Assembly (NCBI GenBank): GCA_963748015.1
Contig: CAVVHE010000004.1
Coordinates: forward strand, 1,376,001 to 1,440,000
DNA length: 64,000 nucleotides
Source: Terriglobia bacterium
Lineage (GTDB): Bacteria; Acidobacteriota; Polarisedimenticolia; Polarisedimenticolales; JAIQFR01
Reading direction: 5' to 3'
Shown here: piece after piece, positions 9,553 to 18,872 of the stretch
Numbering within the stretch: position 1 is the stretch's first letter
How the letters are laid out: each line of letters begins with the position of its first letter
Notes under the pieces: model-generated
What the model was told of the DNA's origin: nothing
Databases searched by the model: none
The model's input: only the letters and a program-made list of their open reading frames with translations
Program-made: the position numbers and the translations under genes

Positions 9553-10324
9553 GATTCGATGCCCCTCCTCGGAAAGAGCCCGCCGTGAATATACGCCCAC
9601 CTGGGGCCGCGCGCGCACACCCCCGCCCTTCCTCGGTCACCCTGACGCATGGAGCGGACGCTGCGGTATCTTCCCGGCCGACGGTGGTGAGACCGGCGCC
9701 GGGGCGGCGGAAACGAGACCGGCCCCGGCTGGTTTCCGCGGAGCCGATCCGTCCGGGGGGGCCGTGCCGAACGCCGCGAGGACCCGGGGCTTCGATCCGA
9801 CGCCCCCTCGGCTCGCGTCGCGCGCGAGGCGCTTCGGCGCCCGGGACGCCCGCCCCATCCGCACCTCGACGATCGTCGCGGCGGCAAGCGCCCGGATCGA
9901 GTGCCGGTTCGGCCGCGACGGGTACGGTGCCTCGCGTCGCTGCCCGCCTCACACTCCCGACGTCGACGAGATGCGGAAGGTGCTGGACGGGCATCGCCGC
10001 GCCATCCTGTTCGAGGCCGGAGGGCGCGGGCCTCGCTCGAGGCGTGCGGCGTCGACGTTCACGCGACCGCGCGGCGGAACGCCCTCATGATCGAGGTGGT
10101 GCGGGACGAGACCGAGTCGGCGCACCACTTCGGCGTGGTGCTTCTCGACTGATCGCGCCCCGGCCGCCCCGGCCCGTCGCCCGGCGTCCCCGGATCGGCC
10201 GGAAGTTGTTGTATCTTCTCGCCCGGCCGCCGTGCGGCGGGCGACCCGGGAGCGGACGGTGATCCCGCGCCCGGATGCCGCCCGGAAAGGCGGGCCCGAA
10301 GTCCGCGACGGCGGAACCGAGGAG

Positions 10325-10978
10325 ATGGACGTGCCTCTGGCGCTCGCGATCCACGGCGGGGCGTGGAACATCCCCGACGAGATGGCCCGGTCACACGCCG
10401 AGGGGATCGAGCGCGCCCTCCGGGAGGTCTGGGCCGGAATGCAGCGCGGCCTCGCGGCGCTCGACGCGGTCGAGCTCGCGGTGCGGCTCCTCGAGGACGA
10501 CACGACCTTCAACGGGGGCCGGGGAGCCCACCTCAACCGGGAGTACCGCGTCGAGCTGGACGCCTCGATCATGGAGGGGTCGAAACTCGAGGCCGGCGCC
10601 GTCGCGGCCGCGACATCGACCGGCGGGACGCAGGACAAGTCGCACGGCCGGGTCGGCGATTCCCCCGTCATCGGCGCGGGGACGTACGCGGACGACCGGG
10701 CCGGGGCGGCCTCTTCGACGGGCTGGGGGGAGGGAATCCTCCGCGTGGTGCTGGCCAAGGCGGCCGTGGACGGCATGAGGGCGGGCGCCGAGCCGGCCTC
10801 GGCGGGCCGCTCCGCGCTGGCCGCGCTCCGCCGGGTGCGGGGCAGCGGCGGGCTGATCCTCGTGGATCGTCGCGGCCGGGTCGCGGCGGTGTTCAACACG
10901 CCGCGCATGGCCCGGGGGATCGCGACCGAGGCCGGCGGCATCCGGACCCGGGTGAGCCGGGGCGGCGGGCGCCGGTGA
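10325..10978 (+). pseudogene. iaaA: Isoaspartyl peptidase/L-asparaginase (Ntn hydrolase, T2) with an internal in-frame deletion
   Basis: AIHGGA, LEDD..FNGGRG, ELDASIM, TSTGG, GRVGDSP, TGWGE present; the segment carrying the catalytic GTVGAV Thr is absent. Confidence 0.8.
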
Positions 10979-12012
10979 GGATCCCCGCCTGGCTCGCGTG
11001 GTTTCTCATCACGATCACCTATCTGACCGCGGGTGTCCTCCGCCAGTTCCATGCGGAAATCCCCACCTCCCCCTACGTCAACCCTCTGGTCGGAAGCCTC
11101 CTGTTCGCGGCCGTGTTCTTCCTCCTGCTGGTCGCCGCGCGCGAGTGGCGGCTCGGTCCTTTCCCCGGCGACGGCATCCGCCTCGGGAGCATCACGCCGC
11201 TGCTCCTGATGCTCCTGATGGAGAAGTGGATCTCGATCGGCCTCTACAACCCCGTGTTCGCCGTCATCGCGCCGGAAGGGCTCGCGGAAGCCGAGCTCGA
11301 CGCGCGCTATCGCGCTTTCGCCGGCCTCGGCCTCGTCGCGACGTGCGCCCTCCTCTCCGCCTTCTCGCCGCCGGCGTGGCGCAGGACGTGGCGGCGCATG
11401 CGGCCGGCGCGGTGGCCGGCGGCGATCGCAGGGCTCGCGATCGTCGTGGCGGGGGTCTATCTCGTCTTCGGCGGGCTCATCGCCGCCTTCGGCGGCGGCC
11501 TGCGCCTGCGCTGGCCGTCCTCGAGCTCGCTCCTCTGGTGGATCCTCGGAGGACAGGCGTTGCGGGCGTTCTCGGAGGAGTACTACTACCGCAGCCTCCT
11601 GCTGGCCGAGACGCAGCGCTTGGCGCCGAGGCTGGGCGCGCGAGGCCCGGTCGCGGCGCGCTGGGCCGCCCTGATCCCGACGTCGGTGCTGTTCGGTCTC
11701 GAGCACGTGGCGCTCGGCCCGCCGTGGGACGAGCCGCTCCGGCAGGCGGTGTTCACGCTGGCGCTCGGGCTTCTGTTCGGGATCCTCATGCTGGTGACGG
11801 AGAATCTCCCCTTCGTCGCCGGCATGCACGCGTTCGTGAACTGGCTCGTGCTGGGTGTCGTTCCCCGCTTCGCCGATGAAACGGGGCGCGCGGCCCTACC
11901 CGCCGGGACGTACGTGGGGTTGGCGCTCGCGCTCGCTTTCGTGCTGGCGTTCGTCGTTCAGCGGCGCGGCCACTTGGTCAGGAATCGGCGAGCGGGCTCC
12001 CCTGGCGCCTGA
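10975..12012 (+). CDS. CPBP (Abi/CAAX) intramembrane metalloprotease
   Basis: Multi-TM; SEEYYYRS, LFGLEH, GMHAFVN motifs; GTGA overlap with iaaA. Confidence 0.82.
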   Translation: MRIPAWLAWFLITITYLTAGVLRQFHAEIPTSPYVNPLVGSLLFAAVFFLLLVAAREWRLGPFPGDGIRLGSITPLLLMLLMEKWISIGLYNPVFAVIAPEGLAEAELDARYRAFAGLGLVATCALLSAFSPPAWRRTWRRMRPARWPAAIAGLAIVVAGVYLVFGGLIAAFGGGLRLRWPSSSSLLWWILGGQALRAFSEEYYYRSLLLAETQRLAPRLGARGPVAARWAALIPTSVLFGLEHVALGPPWDEPLRQAVFTLALGLLFGILMLVTENLPFVAGMHAFVNWLVLGVVPRFADETGRAALPAGTYVGLALALAFVLAFVVQRRGHLVRNRRAGSPGA

Positions 12013-12343
12013 GCGCCGCCGCAGCGGTCGCGGCGTCGGGATACACCTCGAAGATCTTGTCGAGCTTGATGATCTCGAGCACCGACCGGACCCCGGGCGC
12101 GATCCCGGCGAAGCGGGCGTCGCGCCCGCTCTTACGGACCGCCTTGAAGAGGCTGACCAGCACGCCGACGCCCGTGGAGTCCACGAACGCGATCCCGGAC
12201 AGGTCCACCACCACGTCGGCATCGCGGCCGATGAGCGCGAGCGCTTCGGCCTTCACCCTCGCCGCGACGAAGGTGTCGAGCGCGTCCGTTCCCTGGAACC
12301 TCAGGTGAAGGACACCGAGAGCCCGATCCGATTGGACGATCAT
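11978..12343 (-). CDS. STAS anti-anti-sigma factor (RsbV/SpoIIAA-like)
   Basis: VVVDLSGIAFVDSTGVGVL with the conserved phospho-Ser. Confidence 0.9.
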   Translation of the reverse strand: MIVQSDRALGVLHLRFQGTDALDTFVAARVKAEALALIGRDADVVVDLSGIAFVDSTGVGVLVSLFKAVRKSGRDARFAGIAPGVRSVLEIIKLDKIFEVYPDAATAAAALRRQGSPLADS

Positions 12344-13326
12344 CGCCCACCCCCCTCGGGTACCGACATGTTCCCGATGTCCAGGGCCTTCTCGACCGCT
12401 TCCTGCCGCCCTTCCTTCACGACGCCGGCGAGCTCGCGAATCAGCTCGGCGATGCGCACCGCGGACTCCTCGATCACCGTGCTGGCCTTGACGACCTTGG
12501 GATCGGCCCCGGCCATCGCCTTCAGGATCTGGGCGCGGCCGAGCAGAGCGGTGAGCGGGTTGTTGATCTTGTGGCTCAGGACGCTGAGCGTGCGGAGGAT
12601 CTCGGCGAGCTTCTCGATGCGATGGCGCTCCTCGATCTCTTGCGAGCGCCGCGTGATGTCGCTCAGGAGCACCACCTCGCTCCCGTCGGTTCCGGCGAGC
12701 CCGCGGCGCGACACCACGAGCACCCGGTCGTTGCCGTCGTTCCCCCGGACCTGCACCTCGGCGTCCGCGGCCCGGGGAAGCTGATCGAGAAAGGCGGCCT
12801 TGGGGTCGTCCGCTCCCCCGACGTTACCCCCTGCGAGCAGGCACGCGGCCCGGTTCGCGTGGCGCACCGCGCCGTCGGGTCCGAGGATGAGGATGCCGGC
12901 ATCCAGCGCGGCGAGCACGCCGTCGAGCTGCCGGCGGGCCGCCTCCGCGTCGGCGAGCGCGTGCCCGAGCCGCGCGTTGGCCTCGGACAGCGCGTCCGCG
13001 CGACCGCGCAGCTCGGCCGCCGCCAGGGCCTTCTCCTTGAGCGCCGCCGCCTGGGCCGCGAACACCAGGAGCGCGCGGAGCTTCACCGCGGCCGGCGGCG
13101 AGAGCGCGGCGCCGGCGCTTCCCAGCGCCTCGCAAGGAAGGTCGCGGAGGCGGACCTCGTACTCGTCGAGGATCCGGTCGAGCAGCCCGTCCAGGTCGTG
13201 GCTCCGCTGGATCAGGTCGAGAGAGACGTCGTGGACTCGCCCGAGCTCCAGGAGCTCCGCCTGAAGCGTCTCGAGAGGCTCGGAATCGTCCATGAAGGCT
13301 GGCTGGGTTCGCGGCATGGCGTTCAC
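12340..13326 (-). CDS. Coiled-coil/PAS/HisKA protein lacking the ATPase domain
   Basis: PAS-like LDAGILILGPDGAVRHANRAA; H-box LSHKINNPL; ends about 65 aa later without N/G boxes. Confidence 0.78.
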   Translation of the reverse strand: MNAMPRTQPAFMDDSEPLETLQAELLELGRVHDVSLDLIQRSHDLDGLLDRILDEYEVRLRDLPCEALGSAGAALSPPAAVKLRALLVFAAQAAALKEKALAAAELRGRADALSEANARLGHALADAEAARRQLDGVLAALDAGILILGPDGAVRHANRAACLLAGGNVGGADDPKAAFLDQLPRAADAEVQVRGNDGNDRVLVVSRRGLAGTDGSEVVLLSDITRRSQEIEERHRIEKLAEILRTLSVLSHKINNPLTALLGRAQILKAMAGADPKVVKASTVIEESAVRIAELIRELAGVVKEGRQEAVEKALDIGNMSVPEGGGR

Positions 13327-13748
13327 TCTCTCTCCTGGCGCCGGTGCTTGACCAGGACGACGCGCGTCCCGACGCCCATCTTGGTGTACTTGACCTCGTC
13401 CGTGAGTCTGCGAATCAGGAAGAGCCCGTACCCCCCCTCGGAGAGCTCCGGCGGGTCGGACTCGCCGTGCTCGGAAGCGTCGAAGGCCGTCCCGTAGTCG
13501 CGGACGGTCAGGCGTAGCTGACCGTTTTCGAGCTCGGCCTCGAGATCGATGCGGCCGTCGGTCCTTCCGCTGTAGGAGTGGCGATAGGAATTCGAGCAGA
13601 CCTCGCTGAGCGCGACGGCCAGGTCGTGGGTTTCTCCCTCCGAGAAGCCCGCGGATCGCGCGATCGTGCCGATCCAGCTGCGCACGTCGCGTATCCGCGC
13701 GGGGTCGCTCCGGATGGACAGCGCCTCGACGCGCACTTCCCTATTCAA
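13323..13748 (-). CDS. Anti-sigma Ser/Thr kinase (RsbW-like)
   Basis: LSEVCSNSYRHSY, VRDYG, EGGYGLFLIRRLTDEV. Confidence 0.9.
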   Translation of the reverse strand: MNREVRVEALSIRSDPARIRDVRSWIGTIARSAGFSEGETHDLAVALSEVCSNSYRHSYSGRTDGRIDLEAELENGQLRLTVRDYGTAFDASEHGESDPPELSEGGYGLFLIRRLTDEVKYTKMGVGTRVVLVKHRRQERE

Positions 13749-15867
13749 GGCTCGCCTCGCCCGGCTCGGCGCCGCCCGCGGGCTCCCGCGGGACCAGTAG
13801 CCGGAACTCGCTTCCCCCCTCGTCGCGCTCGTGCCACCTGAGCGTCCCGCCGTGCATCCTCGCGATGAACCGCGCCTCGTGGAGGCCCAGGCCGACTCCT
13901 TTCGGCTTGGCGGTCAGCAGGTCGCCTCCCTGCTCGAAGGCGGCGAAGACCCGATCGCGCTCGGGAGGCGGGATGCCGGGCCCCCGGTCGAGAACGCTGA
14001 ACGCCACCCCCTCGAACAGGTCTCCTCCGCGGCGGAGTCGCGCGGGAGCGATGCGGATCGCGACCTGCGATCCCGGCGGCGAGAACTTCACGGCGTTGTC
14101 CAGCAGATTGGCGAGGGCCTGTGCCACTCGAGCGGCGTCCACGGATACGGCGCCGATCCCCTTCGCGGAGTGGACGGCGACGTCCCGCGCTCCGGCCAGC
14201 TCGATCGCCTTCGCGACGATCTCCTCCGGAGCCGCGTCTTTGACCTTGAGCGGGTCGGCCCCGCTCTCGAGACGGACCAGGCGGAAGAGGCTCCCGAGGA
14301 GACCATCGAGCGCGTGCGCCCCCTCGAGAATCGCGTCGAGCATCTCGGCGCGAAGCTCGGGTGGGCCGCCGTACTCGCGCAGCGCCGTGACGGCCCCGAC
14401 GATCGCCGTCACCGGCGAGCGCATCTCGTGCGACAGGTTCGACAGGAAGCGGTCCTTCATCCGGTCGAGCTCGCGGAGGTCGTCGAAGGCCTTCCGGAGG
14501 GCCTCCGTCCGGAGTCGCACCATCTCCTCGAGCTGGTCGCGGTGCCGCGCCAGCTCGGCGTGGACTCGCGCCTTGTCGAGACTGGCGGCGAGGTGCCCGG
14601 CCACGGTGGAGAGGAAGCGAACGTCCGGCTCGCCGAACGAGCCGTCGGGGGCCGGGGCGTAGGCCACGAGGATTCTCCGCGCATCGCCCTCCACCGGCAC
14701 CGCGACTCCCGCCCGGACCCCGGACAGAGAGGACGTGCCCGGCGACACCCCGAGCTCCGCGGAAAGGTCGTCGACGACCGACGAAACCTCCCGCTTGAGG
14801 AAACGCGCCACGAGGGCCCGTCCCTCGGAGGACGCGAGCAGCGGATCGCCGCTCTCCCTGAAAGCGCCCTCGGTCTCGATGTCGCCGAGCCCCCGGTCCC
14901 GGAGGAGGGTGACCTGCGCCGCGCCGAGAATCCCCGCGGCCGCGGAGAGGGCCGAGCCGACGATCACCCCGCGGTCGAAGCTCGGCCCGATCTTGCGGAG
15001 CGCGTCGCTCAGTCCTCTCAAGGCCTCGGCCTCGCGCTCGAGACGGTCGGCCCTGAGGCTCTGCCCCGCGAGCTGGTCCCCGAGCGCGAGGCTCGCGCGG
15101 ACCGACTGCTCGAGGAGGTCCTTGCCTCCGAGAACGACCGCCGTGCCCCTCCCGTCGAGCGGCGAGGGCGCCGCCGGTTTCCTTTCGGTCCCCCCCTTGA
15201 GGCGGGCGAGGTGCGGGGCGAACGCCCGCTCGACCTGCCGGACCATCTCGCCCGCGTCGAAGCGCTCGCGGGTCTTCTCACCCGCGAGCGAGGCGAGGCG
15301 ATCGAGCATCCGGCGCGTCGCCGCGACAAAGGTCTCGAGGACCCCCTCGCCGCGAACCGCGACGGCGGGAAAACCGCTCGCCCCTTCGGCGCCGAGCCAC
15401 CCGGCGACCTCCTCGGGCGTCGCCGCGTCCGGGACGTCCTGCTTGTTGAACTGCAGCAGGACCGGGACCGTCGCGGGGTCGAGCCGGTTCGCGCGCATGT
15501 TGATCCGGAGGTTCTCGAGCGATCCCCGGTTCTCGGTCTCGCGGGCGCGGCTCGAGTCGGCCACGAAGACCACCGCGTCGGCCCCCGCGAGCACGACCCG
15601 CCGTGTCGTGTCGTAGCGAACCTGCCCGGGGACGGTGTAGAGCTTCAGCGCGACCCGGTACCCCTGGATCTCGCCGAGTTCGAAGGGGAGGAGGTCGAAG
15701 AACAGGGTCCGGTCGTCGGCCGTCTTGACGGAAAGGAGATTGGTGGTCGCCTGCGGATCGAGCAGCCGGTGCAGCTCCTGGAGGTTGGTGGTCTTTCCCC
15801 CGAGCGCGGGCCCGTAGTACACGAGCTTCGCGAAGAGCGTCCGGCTACCGTGACTCCACTGGGCCAC
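13741..15867 (-). CDS. MglA-like small GTPase fused to GAF and histidine kinase (HisKA-HATPase)
   Basis: KLVYYGPALGGKTTNL, DRTLFFD, TVPGQ, NKQD, AVRGEGV; then GAF; SHEMRSP, NLLDNAVKFS, DRGPGI, GVGLGL. One continuous frame. Confidence 0.9.
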   Translation of the reverse strand: MAQWSHGSRTLFAKLVYYGPALGGKTTNLQELHRLLDPQATTNLLSVKTADDRTLFFDLLPFELGEIQGYRVALKLYTVPGQVRYDTTRRVVLAGADAVVFVADSSRARETENRGSLENLRINMRANRLDPATVPVLLQFNKQDVPDAATPEEVAGWLGAEGASGFPAVAVRGEGVLETFVAATRRMLDRLASLAGEKTRERFDAGEMVRQVERAFAPHLARLKGGTERKPAAPSPLDGRGTAVVLGGKDLLEQSVRASLALGDQLAGQSLRADRLEREAEALRGLSDALRKIGPSFDRGVIVGSALSAAAGILGAAQVTLLRDRGLGDIETEGAFRESGDPLLASSEGRALVARFLKREVSSVVDDLSAELGVSPGTSSLSGVRAGVAVPVEGDARRILVAYAPAPDGSFGEPDVRFLSTVAGHLAASLDKARVHAELARHRDQLEEMVRLRTEALRKAFDDLRELDRMKDRFLSNLSHEMRSPVTAIVGAVTALREYGGPPELRAEMLDAILEGAHALDGLLGSLFRLVRLESGADPLKVKDAAPEEIVAKAIELAGARDVAVHSAKGIGAVSVDAARVAQALANLLDNAVKFSPPGSQVAIRIAPARLRRGGDLFEGVAFSVLDRGPGIPPPERDRVFAAFEQGGDLLTAKPKGVGLGLHEARFIARMHGGTLRWHERDEGGSEFRLLVPREPAGGAEPGEASLE

Positions 15868-15877
15868 GATTCCCCCC

Positions 15878-16099
15878 TCAGTTGTCCGCGAGGAGCTTCC
15901 GCATCCGGCTCGTAAGGGCGCCCGATGGAATCCCGCGGGGCAGGAGCGGGTCGCCGGGGCTCCGCCCGCTTTCCACCGCGATGGTCTCGAGGGCCGCCGA
16001 CAGGTCCGCGATGACCTCCTCGATACGCCGGTCGATCTCCCGCTTCGAGAGCGGCATGAGCCGCTCCGCCGTGTCCCCTGCCGCACTCCTCGATCTCAC
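15878..16099 (-). CDS. Small hypothetical protein
   Basis: Fills the gap between the receiver gene (GTGA overlap) and the GTPase-kinase; amphipathic helix KREIDRRIEEVIADL. Confidence 0.5.
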   Translation of the reverse strand: MRSRSAAGDTAERLMPLSKREIDRRIEEVIADLSAALETIAVESGRSPGDPLLPRGIPSGALTSRMRKLLADN

Positions 16100-16491
16100 G
16101 CCTTGGCCCCCCCGTGCTCCGCCTCGGACAGGATCTCGCGCACCCGCCGGAGCAGCTCCGACGGGGAATAGGGTTTGCTCATGAAATCGGTCGCGCCCGC
16201 CGCCCGGCCGCGCTCGCAGTCGTTCTCCTGCCCCTTCGCGGTCAGGAGGATCACGGGGATCGAGGAGAACCGAGGGTCGCTCCTGACGCGGCGGCAGACG
16301 TCGAAGCCGTCCATGCCGGGCATCATCACGTCCAGGACGATCAGGTCGGGTCTGTCCCCTTCGATCTTCGCCAGGCCATCCTCGCCGTCCACCGCCGTCA
16401 CCGGCGCGAAGCCCTCCTCGCGCAGGATGAACTCGAGCGGCCGCCGGATGAAGGCGTCGTCGTCGATGATGAGGATCTTATTCCCTTTCAC
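16096..16491 (-). CDS. Single-domain response regulator
   Basis: IIDDD, LDVMMP, LLTA, SKP. Confidence 0.93.
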   Translation of the reverse strand: MKGNKILIIDDDAFIRRPLEFILREEGFAPVTAVDGEDGLAKIEGDRPDLIVLDVMMPGMDGFDVCRRVRSDPRFSSIPVILLTAKGQENDCERGRAAGATDFMSKPYSPSELLRRVREILSEAEHGGAKA

Positions 16492-17870
16492 GAAGCGATC
16501 TCCCCGTCCGCCCGCTTGACGACGACCAGGGTCACGTCGTCCGCGGGCGGTATCCCACCGCAGTGCTCGGCCATCGCCCCCAGGATCCGCTCGTGGATTC
16601 CGGAGACATCCTCCGACCTCGTCGCCACGGCGGTCTCGATCAGGCGCTCGATCCCGAATTGCCGCCGGACGGGATCCCTCGCCTCGACCAGGCCGTCGGT
16701 GTAGACGACCAGCACGTCGCCCGGATCGAGCGCGCGGGCCTCTTCCTCGAATCCCATCCCCGAGAACACGCCTAGCGCCGATCCGCCCCGCTCGAGGCGC
16801 TCGACCTCCCCGCCCGCGCGCACGAGGATCGGCGGGTTGTGCCCCGCGTTGCAGAGAGTCATCCGGGAGCCGCCGGGCTCGAAGCGGAAGACCACGGCGG
16901 TCGCGAAGACGTCCGACTCCGAGAAATCCGCCACGAGGACTTCGTTCGTTCTGGAGAGCACGTTGGCGGGCGACGGATCCCGCCTCGCCTCGGCCTGGAG
17001 CGCACCCTTGGCCGCCGCCATGTAGAGGGCCGCGCCGACGCCGTGACCGGACACGTCCGCCATCGCGAGCCCGAGGGCGCCGTCGGGCAGCGCAAGGTAG
17101 CCGTAGTAGTCCCCGCCGATGTTCTCCGCCGCGCGGTGCCCGCCCGCGATACGCAATCCCGGGAACTCCGGGTCGCCTCTCGGAAGCAGGCCGAGGTGAA
17201 TCTGGCGCGCGATCTCGTCCTCGCGCTTGCGGCTCTCCGCCCGGCGGACCTCCGCCGCGAGCAGCGTGTTCCGGATGAACGCCGACGAGAGGGACGCGAG
17301 CGCCGACAGGAGCTTGATCTCCCCTGCCCGGTACGATTGCCCGCCCGGACGTCCGCGAAGGACCAGGACCCCGATCGGGCTGCCCGCGGGAGCGGGAAGA
17401 GGCACGGCCACCACCGCCTCCTGTCCCGGGCCGGGCTCCACCATGAACGTCCTTCCGGTCTCGGCCGCGCTCCTTGCCGCGCGATCGAACAGGACCTCGC
17501 TGGGCCGTCGCGCCGAAGGGAAGGAGGCCGCGAGGAGGGGCGGGACACGGCCGCTGAGCCAGACCTCGCCGGCGCGCGCGCCGAGCGTGCGGGCCGCCTC
17601 CTCGAGGACGAGTTGCGCGATCGCTTGCTGGCCGAGAACGCTGCCGAGCCGCTCGCAGAGCCGGTAGACGAGGGTGACCTCCTCGTAACGGTCGAGGATC
17701 TCCCCGCAGAGGCTCCGGATCTCCTCCTCGTGCCGCAGGGCCTCGGCCGAGGCCGACGCGATCCGGGGCGCCGCCGCCGCGCTACCGCGCTGCGCGATCC
17801 CTGCCCCCGCGTCGGGGACGCGCTCGATCATCCTCGCTGGCCTCCGGCGCCGCTTGAGCGCCCCGGACAT
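16488..17870 (-). CDS. GAF + PP2C/SpoIIE phosphatase (RsbU-like)
   Basis: GGDYY, ADVSGHG, NAGHNPP, YTDGL, ADDVT. Confidence 0.92.
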   Translation of the reverse strand: MSGALKRRRRPARMIERVPDAGAGIAQRGSAAAAPRIASASAEALRHEEEIRSLCGEILDRYEEVTLVYRLCERLGSVLGQQAIAQLVLEEAARTLGARAGEVWLSGRVPPLLAASFPSARRPSEVLFDRAARSAAETGRTFMVEPGPGQEAVVAVPLPAPAGSPIGVLVLRGRPGGQSYRAGEIKLLSALASLSSAFIRNTLLAAEVRRAESRKREDEIARQIHLGLLPRGDPEFPGLRIAGGHRAAENIGGDYYGYLALPDGALGLAMADVSGHGVGAALYMAAAKGALQAEARRDPSPANVLSRTNEVLVADFSESDVFATAVVFRFEPGGSRMTLCNAGHNPPILVRAGGEVERLERGGSALGVFSGMGFEEEARALDPGDVLVVYTDGLVEARDPVRRQFGIERLIETAVATRSEDVSGIHERILGAMAEHCGGIPPADDVTLVVVKRADGEIAS

Positions 17871-18265
17871 GCCTCCACCCGTGCTTACACAGTGGAAATC
17901 AGGCAGCAATAGACGAGCCATTTTCTGAATATGCGGCGTAAGACGAACACCTGGAGGCGGTTATGCCGCCCAAGAGGGGTTTCGAAGGCCGCCTCGGGTG
18001 ACGCGGCGGGGTGCAACGCGGCCAGGGAATTCCCAATTCGAACCGGAATTCAGCGACTTCTCGAGCAAGTCTCTTGATTTCAACGACTTCTGCGATGACA
18101 GTTTTGGTCAGGCCCGAGGAGTAACATGGACACTGCGTGTCCGTGGCGGGCGGTCCGAGACGCGTTTCATCGCAAGGACCCGGTCGCGGACAAGGGAATT
18201 GTCCCTTTTTCGTCCAAACGGGGCGGTTGCGCGTTTCAATATCGGGGCCCCACGAGGAGGACGGG

Positions 18266-18853
18266 TTGGGCGTGCCGAGCGACGAGGATCTGGTGCTGGC
18301 GGTCCAGTCCGGCGACACGAACTCGCTCGGCGTGCTCGTGGCCCGCTGGGAGCAGCCGCTCTTCCGCTTCGCCTTCCGGCTGCTCCAGCGGACGGAGGAC
18401 GCCCGGGACGTCTGCCAGGAGACGTTCCTCCGCATCCTGACGAAGTCGGAGCGCTTCCGGGCGGGGGCGAGGTTTTCGACATGGATGTACCAGATCGCGT
18501 TGAACCTGTGCCGCGACCACCTGAGGCGGCGCACGCGATGGAAGTTCCTCGCGTTCGACTCGGACGAGCCGGCGGTGCAACGCCGCGTCGAGTCCCGCGT
18601 CGAAGCCGGCGCCGCCCCGGACCCCGCGGCGGCGCTCGAGCGGGACGAGCAACGGCGGGCGATCCGGAAAGCGCTACGGACGCTCTCTCCCGAGCAGCGC
18701 GAGGTGCTGGTCCTCAAGGAGTTCGAGGGGATGAAGTTCAAGGAGATCGCCGAGATTCTCGGCTGCCCCGAGAGCACGGTGAAGTCGCGGATGTATTACG
18801 GCCTGACGGCCCTCAAGAGCGCCCTGTCGCAACAGGGGATCGAGGCGCTCTGA
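18266..18853 (+). CDS. ECF sigma-70 factor
   Basis: DARDVCQETF, FSTWMYQIALN, region 4 EIAEILGCPESTVKSR; GAGGAGG RBS. Confidence 0.93.
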   Translation: MGVPSDEDLVLAVQSGDTNSLGVLVARWEQPLFRFAFRLLQRTEDARDVCQETFLRILTKSERFRAGARFSTWMYQIALNLCRDHLRRRTRWKFLAFDSDEPAVQRRVESRVEAGAAPDPAAALERDEQRRAIRKALRTLSPEQREVLVLKEFEGMKFKEIAEILGCPESTVKSRMYYGLTALKSALSQQGIEAL

Positions 18854-18872
18854 GAGGGCGCGGAGCGGCGCC

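Noticed and set aside
9650..10152. Intact gene or DUF3095-like remnant
   Set aside because: Only faint motif resemblance across different frames; too weak to call.
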